DNA of 64,000 nt from Acetatifactor sp. (GTDB lineage: Bacteria; Bacillota; Clostridia; Lachnospirales; Lachnospiraceae). The notes beneath the pieces are model-generated. The model did not search any database and had not been told where the DNA came from. It worked only from the letters and a program-made list of their open reading frames with translations. The stretch is from NCBI GenBank assembly GCA_045124375.1, contig JBGVLR010000187.1:8848-72847 (forward strand), in the 5' to 3' direction. The position numbers and the translations under genes are program-made. How positions within the stretch are numbered: position 1 is the first letter of the stretch; every line of letters starts with the position of its first letter. This document shows, piece after piece, positions 1-7,698 of this stretch.

Positions 1-1
1 A

Positions 2-481
2 AGCGATATCCGGCCGGAAAGGATCGCTGTGGAGCAGTTTTTTCAATATATAAAAGATATGTTTGAGGAAAATGTGGAGATGGAGTTTGCTGTAGCCTAT
101 GAACCGGGCTGGGTGTGGGCGGAAAGCAGCCTGATCAAGACGGTGCTCTTAAATCTGGTGGACAATGCCTGCAAAGCATCGTCCCATGGTGGAAAAATAG
201 AGATACTGGGCGCAAAGAAGGATAGCGGATACGAATTCACTGTGAGGGATTACGGTGTGGGTATCCCCTTGGAAGAACAGAAGAAGATTACGGAGGCTTT
301 TTATATGGTAGACAAATCAAGGTCCCGCAGCAGGAACGGGGCTGGTTTGGGACTTGCGCTGTGTACGGAGATACTCAGGATTCATGACAGCAGTCTGCAG
401 ATCATCAGCAGCCCGGGGCAAGGTACCAGTATGAGCTTTGTGCTCCCGGAAAGAGAGGAGGTTCACAGTGAAGAGAACTAA
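2..481 (+). CDS. Sensor histidine kinase, C-terminal HATPase_c part (5' truncated by window)
   Basis: N box (NLVDNACKAS), G1 (VRDYGVGI), F box (EAFYMVD), G2 (GAGLGLA); frame open back to the window start. Confidence 0.93.
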   Translation, partial: SDIRPERIAVEQFFQYIKDMFEENVEMEFAVAYEPGWVWAESSLIKTVLLNLVDNACKASSHGGKIEILGAKKDSGYEFTVRDYGVGIPLEEQKKITEAFYMVDKSRSRSRNGAGLGLALCTEILRIHDSSLQIISSPGQGTSMSFVLPEREEVHSEEN

Positions 482-1313
482 TGGGAAAAGGCTTCTCAGG
501 AACCTTGGATTTGTGCTGCTTGCTGCTCTCGTGATGGTGATCGCAGTCTGGGGACCTGAGATGCTTACAAAATACCATGACAGGATGGTTTTAAACAGGA
601 TCGCTTCCAAGTCCATTGAATCGGAAAGCGAGGGCTATCGTTATTCCCTGAGCAGTAATGAAAAGCTATATATCTTGTCACGTTGCCTGAGTAACAGGAC
701 GCTGCCGGAAAGTGATCAGAATGCGCTGACGCGAGTGGAGAATGGGGAAAGTGATTATCAGAACCTGACAGGTGCTTATGCTTTCGTGGAAAATTATAAG
801 GAGCCTTCTGAACAGGAAATAACAGAGGAAGAGATTTTCGAAAGCTGTAATCAGGGTCTGGCACTTCTGGTAGAACTGGGTATCCTGCCGGGAGAAGTGA
901 AGGAGATCAAGTCCCAGGCTTATGAGGCGGTTCTGTATTCTGCCATTGATGTGTTGGAACCACGTAACAATCTGGCAGTGTGGGAGGTCAGTCTGGCTAC
1001 TGACAAGCGTAATGCAGATAAGTCAGGAAGGCTGATAGATGCCTGCATTGATGCGGATACCGGTAAATTCTATGAATTTTATGTCCGCACAGATACCACC
1101 TGGGAAGAGCTGGAACCTGATGCGATCATGGAGAAATGGAGTGAATATATAGGACTGACAGGTGGAAAAGTCTGTGAAGATGTGAATCCTCTGGAGGAAA
1201 CAACACCTTATTTTATAAAATACAGTTTTCCGGGCAATGGTGAGGGAAGTACTGTAGTGACGATCGGGTTTTATGAGGGCATTAACGAATTGTTTTTGAA
1301 AGTCGCCAGGTGA
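468..1313 (+). CDS. Hypothetical membrane-anchored protein
   Basis: GTG at 468 after GAGGAGG, overlaps the kinase stop; N-terminal hydrophobic helix; no family recognised. Confidence 0.7.
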   Translation: MKRTNGKRLLRNLGFVLLAALVMVIAVWGPEMLTKYHDRMVLNRIASKSIESESEGYRYSLSSNEKLYILSRCLSNRTLPESDQNALTRVENGESDYQNLTGAYAFVENYKEPSEQEITEEEIFESCNQGLALLVELGILPGEVKEIKSQAYEAVLYSAIDVLEPRNNLAVWEVSLATDKRNADKSGRLIDACIDADTGKFYEFYVRTDTTWEELEPDAIMEKWSEYIGLTGGKVCEDVNPLEETTPYFIKYSFPGNGEGSTVVTIGFYEGINELFLKVAR

Positions 1314-1506
1314 TTTGGGTTCAAAAAAATTTTGTGAAAATAAATGATGCGGATTTGATGCAATAAATATGAATGTTTGAAGTGGCTTCTGCGTAAAATG
1401 AATGTATATTCATAGCGCGGAAGCCATATTTTATTTTGCTTTGCGGATTGAAAGCATAAATACTTTGGATTGTCAGGAAAGATGAAAAAAGAGGGGGAGA
1501 GGGAGT

Positions 1507-2985
1507 ATGTACAGAAGAAAGAGGAAGTCGGTTGTGGGACTGGCTGTTGGGATTTATTTGGCGGCTGCAGGAATCGGTCCGGCAGTGGCAGCATGTGTGC
1601 AGGGGACATCAGGTGTGGTAAGGGCTGAGGGGGCAGAATTGAACGCTGCGCAGGAGAATAATTTGAGCATAAGTCTGGAAGTCAGCGCAGTGGGAAAGAA
1701 TGAGGCGAATTTTGTAAATAATGAAGTGGTAAGGCCGGAAAGTGATGGGAAACTTGGAGGCCGGGAAAACGTGGGGAATGTCACGGCTGTGGGAAATATT
1801 GACACTGCGCAGGCCGACACTGTGCAGGAGGACACTGCACAGGATGACGATTTCCTGGTGGTCATTGATCCCGGACACGGTGGTATGGATGAGGGCTGCA
1901 GCGGCAGTGAGATTTATGAAAAGGATATAAATCTGTCCATTGCTTTAGAGGTTCAGGAATTATTATCGGAAAGCGGTTATCAGGTGCTTTTAACCAGAGA
2001 AGATGATGTGGAACTTTCTCTGGAAGAGCGGGTGCAGATGGCGGAGTCGGCAGGAGCAGATGCTTTTATCAGTATTCATCAAAATGCCAGTGAGAGTTCA
2101 GATAAGGCGCAGGGCATAGAAACCTGGTGCCAGAAGGAGGACAGCCTGCGCCTGGCTCGTCTGGTGCAGAAATATATCGTGAGCAGTACCGAAGCTGATG
2201 ACAGGGGCACGAAGGAGGATGGAGACTTGTATGTGACAAGAGAGACTTCCATGCCATCCTGCCTCATTGAGACAGGCTTTCTTTCTAATAAAGAAGAGGA
2301 ACAAGCCCTTGCCGATGAGGAATATCAGCGTAAGATAGCAAAAGGAATCGTAAAGGGAATTGACTTATTCTTTCATCCAAGAACCATGTATCTGACTTTT
2401 GACGATGGTCCTTCAGCAGAAAATACCAATATGGTGCTGGATATTCTTGCAGAGAAAAATGTGAAAGCCACTTTTTTCGTGGTTGGTGAAAATGTAGAGA
2501 AGAATCCGGAAGTGGCCAGACGTATTGTACGCGAGGGACATACCATAGGCATTCACTGTAACACACATGATTATGATGTGATTTATGAAAGTGTGGAAAG
2601 TTATCTGGAGGATTTTGAAGCTGCCCGGAGTATCGTGTATGAGGTGACAGGCGTTTCGCCGGTGTTGTTCCGATTCCCGGGAGGCAGTATCAATGCTTAC
2701 AACCGGGCGGTCTACAAAGACATTATCCAGGAAATGACCGAACAGGGATATATCTATTTTGACTGGAACGCCAGCCTGGAAGATGCCGTGAAGAAGTCTA
2801 CACCGGAGCAGTTGATTGAAAATGCGACAGAGAGTACTTTGGGGAGGAAGAAAGTTGTTATGCTGGCTCATGACATTGTTTACAATACGACTTTGTGTCT
2901 GGAAGAATTAATTGACCGGCTGCCCGAATATCGAATGGAAGCCTTGTCTCCGGAAGTAGAGCCCATACGATTTAAGGATCAATGA
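1507..2985 (+). CDS. Secreted N-acetylmuramoyl-L-alanine amidase (Amidase_3) fused to a CE4 polysaccharide deacetylase
   Basis: Amidase motifs IDPGHGG, EKDINL, SIHQNA, LIETGF; deacetylase motifs LTFDDGP, HCNTH, RFPGG, LAHD; N-terminal signal/anchor. Confidence 0.92.
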   Translation: MYRRKRKSVVGLAVGIYLAAAGIGPAVAACVQGTSGVVRAEGAELNAAQENNLSISLEVSAVGKNEANFVNNEVVRPESDGKLGGRENVGNVTAVGNIDTAQADTVQEDTAQDDDFLVVIDPGHGGMDEGCSGSEIYEKDINLSIALEVQELLSESGYQVLLTREDDVELSLEERVQMAESAGADAFISIHQNASESSDKAQGIETWCQKEDSLRLARLVQKYIVSSTEADDRGTKEDGDLYVTRETSMPSCLIETGFLSNKEEEQALADEEYQRKIAKGIVKGIDLFFHPRTMYLTFDDGPSAENTNMVLDILAEKNVKATFFVVGENVEKNPEVARRIVREGHTIGIHCNTHDYDVIYESVESYLEDFEAARSIVYEVTGVSPVLFRFPGGSINAYNRAVYKDIIQEMTEQGYIYFDWNASLEDAVKKSTPEQLIENATESTLGRKKVVMLAHDIVYNTTLCLEELIDRLPEYRMEALSPEVEPIRFKDQ

Positions 2986-2994
2986 TTGGCAAAA

Positions 2995-3039
2995 CGCCCA
3001 CGCGATGATGATCTCAGCCATCTCGCGTGGGCGCTTTTT
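2995..3039 (+). terminator. Intrinsic terminator, probably bidirectional
   Basis: CGCCCACGCGA...TCGCGTGGGCG stem followed by TTTTT, preceded by AAAA. Confidence 0.8.
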
Positions 3040-3076
3040 GAAGATAAGCCTATCCTAGTGCCCTCTGCAACCTAGC

Positions 3077-3310
3077 TTACTGCTGCAGCCGCCCATAAAT
3101 TTCTTCCTTCGATTCAGTGGGATACTGCGTCACCAACGAAAGGATAGGAAGAATCACTTCCGGAGTCTCCTCGGTCTCGTCCGCAATGACCTCCAGGGAT
3201 TTCCCCTTCCTGTATTTTGCCTGTACCATAGAGATAAGATACAAAGAAGTGCCCTCAGCCTTTCCCTCCATTTTACTGTCATTTACTAAATCTCTCAATG
3301 CCTCACACAT
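3077..3310 (-). CDS. Putative internally initiated small Rpn protein (RpnS-like antitoxin), 77 aa
   Basis: In-frame ATG of MCEAL preceded by purine-rich AAAAGGAAGGAAATGAAGTTAAT; SD spacing is long; analogy to RpnL/RpnS systems. Confidence 0.45.
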   Translation of the reverse strand: MCEALRDLVNDSKMEGKAEGTSLYLISMVQAKYRKGKSLEVIADETEETPEVILPILSLVTQYPTESKEEIYGRLQQ

Positions 3311-4057
3311 ATTAACTTCATTTCCTTCCTTTTTCTGTGCCTTCACTTGTTTCTTCATACCGACCATCACTCCTATAACGTCTGCCGTTTCACTATCCAG
3401 CTTTTGATAAATCTCATTTTCAGTAATAAGCTTCCTGAGTTTTCCTTTATCCTGACGGCAGGCGAGCACCATGAACAGTTCTTTTAACGGTGATTCAAAC
3501 CGGCTGAAATCCTCTAACTCATTGATACAGATAAGTTGAAACTGATAATCTGAAAAGAGTGGCTCCCATAATTCAGCGTCCTCACCGAAGTTTATCACAT
3601 CCTTCAGACTTCGGGGTCCTGTCCATTTCTCCTTGCCGTGATATAGGCATGCCGTAAATACCGGTGCCAGTCGGTCTGTACTTCGCAGACCACATTTGTA
3701 TTCGGCATCTGTTTTCAATAGTTTTTTATGCCGATTCCGCCTTTTGAGTTGCTTGATCTGTTCTCCATATTCCAGAGAATCATAGTTCATGTGCCGCCAG
3801 GGCATAGTAAAATCGATATCATTCTGGTCTTCGATAGCCAGAATCTTTAACCTGCCGCCTGACTTGAGCCTTTTCTTCACATCTCTGATGCGGGAAGTGG
3901 TTTTCTTGTTCCCGACTTCTTTGTAACTTTCGGAACCTTCTTCCAGGTCTTCGGGATTTATAACCTTCTGTCCCCGGAAACAACCACCGTTGAACACGTC
4001 AGCAAATCGTTCATTGTCTTTCAGGTAGTCTGTCATTGTATCGCTTTCTTGTCCCAT
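3077..4057 (-). CDS. Rpn/YhgA-like PD-(D/E)xK nuclease family protein
   Basis: DNERFADVFNG, RIRD...AIEDQ, MPWRHMNYDSLEY, LYHGKEKWTGP, C-terminal MCEAL...EGKAEG; start set to ATG 4057 behind AGGAGGG. Confidence 0.85.
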   Translation of the reverse strand: MGQESDTMTDYLKDNERFADVFNGGCFRGQKVINPEDLEEGSESYKEVGNKKTTSRIRDVKKRLKSGGRLKILAIEDQNDIDFTMPWRHMNYDSLEYGEQIKQLKRRNRHKKLLKTDAEYKCGLRSTDRLAPVFTACLYHGKEKWTGPRSLKDVINFGEDAELWEPLFSDYQFQLICINELEDFSRFESPLKELFMVLACRQDKGKLRKLITENEIYQKLDSETADVIGVMVGMKKQVKAQKKEGNEVNMCEALRDLVNDSKMEGKAEGTSLYLISMVQAKYRKGKSLEVIADETEETPEVILPILSLVTQYPTESKEEIYGRLQQ

Positions 4058-4252
4058 ATATAACCCTCCTTTGCGGCAGAGCCGGGAAACTCCAAGTAAA
4101 CGCATGTAATTTCGCTGGAATATGCCCATCGTGGACACACTATCCCTTTGGTTCTGCCATTATTCAATTACCTAATATCCGGTGAAAAACGGCAGAAACG
4201 CCATTCGACAACAGAATCTTAGAAAAACTATTTGATATAATAAGTACTTACT
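4058..4252 (-). ncRNA. Candidate structured leader RNA of the Rpn gene (copy 1)
   Basis: Motif at 4200-4224 shared with 44458-44484; hairpin 4152-4197; closing helix partner 4090-4096. Confidence 0.55.
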
Positions 4253-4258
4253 AAAAAC

Positions 4259-4287
4259 AGTGTATCACAACGGTGAGATTATGTCAA
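4259..4287 (-). promoter_or_regulatory. SigA-type promoter of the Rpn gene
   Basis: TTGACA-17 nt-TACACT on the minus strand. Confidence 0.7.
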
Positions 4288-4396
4288 TCTTTATTTTATA
4301 TTATTGTAAAAAATTGACGCCTTGATTGAACCGCGGAATACAATAAAGTATTTGCCTGAATTGTGGAATATACTGAATTACGTTTTAAGCAAAAAA

Positions 4397-4423
4397 TTTC
4401 GCAGAGTTATCAACTCTGCGAAA
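4397..4423. promoter_or_regulatory. Perfect 12-bp inverted repeat (operator-like)
   Basis: TTTCGCAGAGTT-ATC-AACTCTGCGAAA. Confidence 0.45.
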
Positions 4424-4441
4424 CTTAAATTCCTGTTTTGT

Positions 4442-5005
4442 ATGGCGAACACTGTGCTTGCAGGTTCCGTAACTGGTAAAGCACGCTATGGTGCACAGGT
4501 TACCGAGAATGCCAAGAATATTCCTGGTTATACCTGTCACACAGATGCACAGGATATGATTATCCAGATAGAGTCTGGAGAAGAAGCAGTAAAAAACGTA
4601 CGAACCTTCTATTATACAGAAGACGAAGTTATAATCAAGTACGTTGCTGTAGGTCCTGCTATGCAGATGATTTTGGTTCTGTCAGTCTTTCGACCGAAAC
4701 TGTAAAGGTATTCACTGGTACCGCTGCTGGATCCACTCCTATTGCTGCAGACAGCTACCGTTTCGTAGGCTGGTATTATGATGAGGATTGTACACGGCCT
4801 GTAACCGGCACTGGCTGGTTAGTTGGCAATCAGATTAAACCGCAGAAGGATACAAATTACGGTACTGATGCAGAAGCCAAGATGGGTTATGTAGCAGGAA
4901 CCTATTATGCGAAGTTTGAAAAAGCATTGACGAATCTGACAAGTTCCATCCAATTGGCTGACCAGTACTGACTACAACAAGAACGTATTTAAAAGCAATA
5001 ACTGA
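4442..5005 (+). pseudogene. Remnant of a large repeat-containing surface protein (MucBP/InlB-B-repeat-like segments)
   Basis: Three protein-like segments in different frames: AKNIPGYT...TFYYTE, GSTPIAADSYRFVGWYYDEDCT...TYYAKFE, and NWLTSTDYNKNVF ending at TGA 5003-5005; no N-terminus. Confidence 0.7.
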
Positions 5006-5022
5006 GAAAGGAGGCAGCAATA

Positions 5023-5619
5023 ATGTATCGTGAAATAAAATCTGGAAAAAGAAAACATGTAAAACTGCAAAGAAAATTAGCCATATTGCTGACCTGCCTT
5101 ATTGTGATGGCAGGTACTTGCGCGGGTACTGCTGTTGCTTTCCTTGCTACTACCACATCGGCAGTTGAAAATACGTTTAGAGCGGGTACGATTACGGGAA
5201 TAATTGAAGAAGATTTTACAGATCCGGTCAAAACCGTAAAGAAAGACGTAAAAATCACAAATGAAAGTAAAGCAGCAGTGTATGTACGTGCTCAGATAAT
5301 TATTAACTGGCAGAATGCAGAAGGAAATGTAGTTCCTTCTGCTTCGGTACCGACCGATGAATATAGTTATGTCCTTAACCTGGGCCCTGTAGGTTGGATA
5401 CAAGGTGCAGACGGGTATTACTATTATACCAGTTCTGTAAAGTCAGGAACTTCTACAGAAAATCTGATTGATACATGTACGGTAACAGTTAATGCGGAGA
5501 AACAGGAATACTGGCTTCAGGTAGAAATTCTTTCTGAAGTTATCCAGGCCAATCCTGCCACAGCAGTTGAAGAAGCCTGGGACGTCACTGTTAATTCCGA
5601 TGGAACAATCAGCAAGTAA
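5023..5619 (+). CDS. Secreted protein with SipW-class signal peptide (TasA/BsaA-like fibre subunit candidate)
   Basis: GTAVAFL-ATTTSAVENTF-RAG matches the SipW-type AF...NxF pattern; VKITNES-AVYVRA and DGYYYY motifs; AGGAGG RBS. Confidence 0.72.
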   Translation: MYREIKSGKRKHVKLQRKLAILLTCLIVMAGTCAGTAVAFLATTTSAVENTFRAGTITGIIEEDFTDPVKTVKKDVKITNESKAAVYVRAQIIINWQNAEGNVVPSASVPTDEYSYVLNLGPVGWIQGADGYYYYTSSVKSGTSTENLIDTCTVTVNAEKQEYWLQVEILSEVIQANPATAVEEAWDVTVNSDGTISK

Positions 5620-5633
5620 GGAGGATGATATCT

Positions 5634-6431
5634 ATGAGAAAAACAGTTAAAGCTATTTCGTCCTTGTTGCTTACAATGCTTCTTGTGATGGGAAGCGCAG
5701 TCACCGCCTTCGCCGCTGATGCTACTATCACCTATACTGGTAAAGACCATTTATTTGACTTTGCCCAGGGCAGCGAATACACTGAGACAGACCTTTTCAA
5801 CAACTTCAAAAATGTTATGCCGGGTGACGTGGTGACTCAGAAGATTACAGTTACCAATAAGGCTTCGGATTGTGATTATATCAATCTTTATATGAGAGCT
5901 AGGGTTCATGATGAAGAAAACAATCCTCTGAGTACCGCTGTTGCTGCCAATGGAGAGAATGTGACCAGTATGTCTGATTTTCTTGGACAGCTGACCATGA
6001 GAATTTATAACGGCAAAACACTGATTTATGAGGCCTCCCCAGACGAACTGGATGGCTTGCAGGAAAACGTACTCCTTGGTTCTTTCCGCAAAGGCGAGTC
6101 CACAATTCTTACAGTTGAACTGGAAGTCCCCATCACCCTGGGCAACGAATATGCTTACCGTGTAGGTGAGGTAGACTGGGTTTTCCGGATAGAGGCTATG
6201 GATGATTCTGAGCCTGATGAACCTGAATCGGATGATTCTGAGCTGGATGATTCTGAACCGGATGATTCTAAACCAGATGATCCGCAAGCACCAGAAACCT
6301 CTGATGTCCAGTCTCCGAAAACAGGTGATACATCGAGACTGCTGCCCTATATCATTCTTGCAGGTATAGGCATACTTGTGCTGATATGCCTGGTGGTATT
6401 CAGACGCCGCAAAGATTCAGAAGATAATTAG
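5634..6431 (+). CDS. Cell-wall-anchored protein with SPKTGD sorting signal (class B sortase type)
   Basis: Signal peptide ending AFA, DLFNNFKNVMPGD domain, acidic linker, SPKTGD + TM + RRRK. Confidence 0.85.
   Translation: MRKTVKAISSLLLTMLLVMGSAVTAFAADATITYTGKDHLFDFAQGSEYTETDLFNNFKNVMPGDVVTQKITVTNKASDCDYINLYMRARVHDEENNPLSTAVAANGENVTSMSDFLGQLTMRIYNGKTLIYEASPDELDGLQENVLLGSFRKGESTILTVELEVPITLGNEYAYRVGEVDWVFRIEAMDDSEPDEPESDDSELDDSEPDDSKPDDPQAPETSDVQSPKTGDTSRLLPYIILAGIGILVLICLVVFRRRKDSEDN
6201..6290 (+). repeat. Six 15-bp coding tandem repeats (DDSEP-like)
   Basis: Units such as GATGATTCTGAGCCT at 6201, 6216, 6231, 6246, 6261, 6276. Confidence 0.9.
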
Positions 6432-6437
6432 TAAATG

Positions 6438-6470
6438 AGCCTGTTCGTACATATGTGTGAATGGGCTTAT
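6438..6470 (+). terminator. Hairpin, probable terminator after the anchored protein
   Basis: GAGCCTGTTCGTACAT pairs with ATGTGTGAATGGGCTT using G-U pairs; weak T tail. Confidence 0.5.
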
Positions 6471-6562
6471 TTCGTATACGCAAGCGAAAGCCGCTGTGGC
6501 ACTTTGAATGTAAATTTATTTCAATGGCAACAGGCTCCAAGGTGTGGAAGAGGAAGAACAAA

Positions 6563-7246
6563 ATGGAAACTATGCAAAATAAAAATAGATCAGAAGTGAA
6601 AGCCGACAAAGATATTACCGGTCAGAGATTCGGCCGTCTGACAGCAATAGAGCCTCTCAAAGACCCTGCCCCTGGACTGGGGCAGCAGTACAAACTTTGG
6701 AAATGCCGCTGCGACTGTGGAAACATTTCCAATGTTTATTACTGGAATCTTGTAAGAGGTCACACCAGAAGCTGTGGCTGTCTAAAAAGTCCTGATCTGA
6801 CAGGTAAGCGCTTCGGCCACCTGACAGTACTTAGACGATCTGAGAGGACTGCACCACGTGGTAAACGCCGTGTCCCGCTCTGGGAGTGCCGCTGTGAATG
6901 CGGTGCCATTACTTATAAAGCCACAGATGTATTGACCAACGCTTCCCAGAACAGCTGCGCACAGTGTGCGTCCAAGCATGCCGTGAAAGCAGCCAGGGAA
7001 GCCGCCGGATATATTGACGGCACCCAGATCAGCCGGATCAAAGACAGGAAACTGTCCGCTGCCAACAGCAGCGGAGTGCGAGGTGTATATTTTGAAAAAA
7101 AGTCCAATAAGTGGCGGGCACGACTGCGCTTTAAGGGGAAAATCATGGACTTTGGTTCCTATGAACGCTTTGAGGATGCCGTTGCAGCACGAAAGGCAGC
7201 GGAGAAAGAATACTTTGATACATTTCTGGAAAAAAATGGGTGTTAA
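6563..7246 (+). CDS. AP2-domain DNA-binding protein with two Cys-rich repeats (phage/homing-endonuclease-related)
   Basis: Two D(I/L)TGxRFGxLT...WxCRCxCG...SC units, then NSSGVRGVY...KWRARL...FGSY...FEDAVAARKAAE. Confidence 0.8.
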   Translation: METMQNKNRSEVKADKDITGQRFGRLTAIEPLKDPAPGLGQQYKLWKCRCDCGNISNVYYWNLVRGHTRSCGCLKSPDLTGKRFGHLTVLRRSERTAPRGKRRVPLWECRCECGAITYKATDVLTNASQNSCAQCASKHAVKAAREAAGYIDGTQISRIKDRKLSAANSSGVRGVYFEKKSNKWRARLRFKGKIMDFGSYERFEDAVAARKAAEKEYFDTFLEKNGC

Positions 7247-7263
7247 CCGCCAAATTGGCGAGA

Positions 7264-7342
7264 TTCGTCAGAAAAAGTGCCATAAAAAACCACCGATTCG
7301 TCAGAAAAAATGCTAATATATCATTGTGTTTCGTCAGAAAAA
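7264..7342 (+). repeat. Three 13-bp direct repeats with exact 33-bp period
   Basis: TTCGTCAGAAAAA at 7264, 7297, 7330; TATAAT follows at 7346-7351. Confidence 0.9.
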
Positions 7343-7360
7343 ATGTATAATATATTAAAA

Positions 7361-7591
7361 ATGTATGAGGACGATGGCAAAATAGAGGAAGGTGCAAAAG
7401 CAAAGGATTTTGAGATTGTCATCGAATGGTTGCAGGATTGCGGATTGATTAAAAAGGTATATAATGTTAGTAAACCGGCTGTGCCGCTGAAGGCATATAT
7501 AGAGTTTTCTGCTTTTAAATTGTATTTACTTGATGTGGGGTTATTAGGGGCATTGAGTGAACTGGATGCTCGGAACTGTTCTACATCCTAA
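7361..7591 (+). pseudogene. Internal fragment of an AAA_14/DUF4143 ATPase
   Basis: EGAKAKDFEIVIEWLQDCGLIKKVYNVSKPAVPLKAYIEFSAFKLYLLDVGLL resembles the DUF4143 entry region; P-loop and C-terminus absent. Confidence 0.8.
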
Positions 7592-7698
7592 TAATAAAAA
7601 ACATTTGTATTTTCCCGTCCTTTATGGTATAATCGTACAATGACTGTGACTATGTCCATTTTTTTGAGGCGCAGTCGCGATTAAGGAGGAAACGAACA

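Noticed and set aside
3077-4057. Rpn genes as IS transposases mobilising the MITE
   Set aside because: No TIRs or TSDs around either gene, no shared ends with the element, and Rpn proteins are not demonstrated transposases.
4322-4705. 127-aa ORF as an intact gene
   Set aside because: The first 40 codons run through promoter-like and palindromic sequence; the rest is one frame of the surface-protein remnant.
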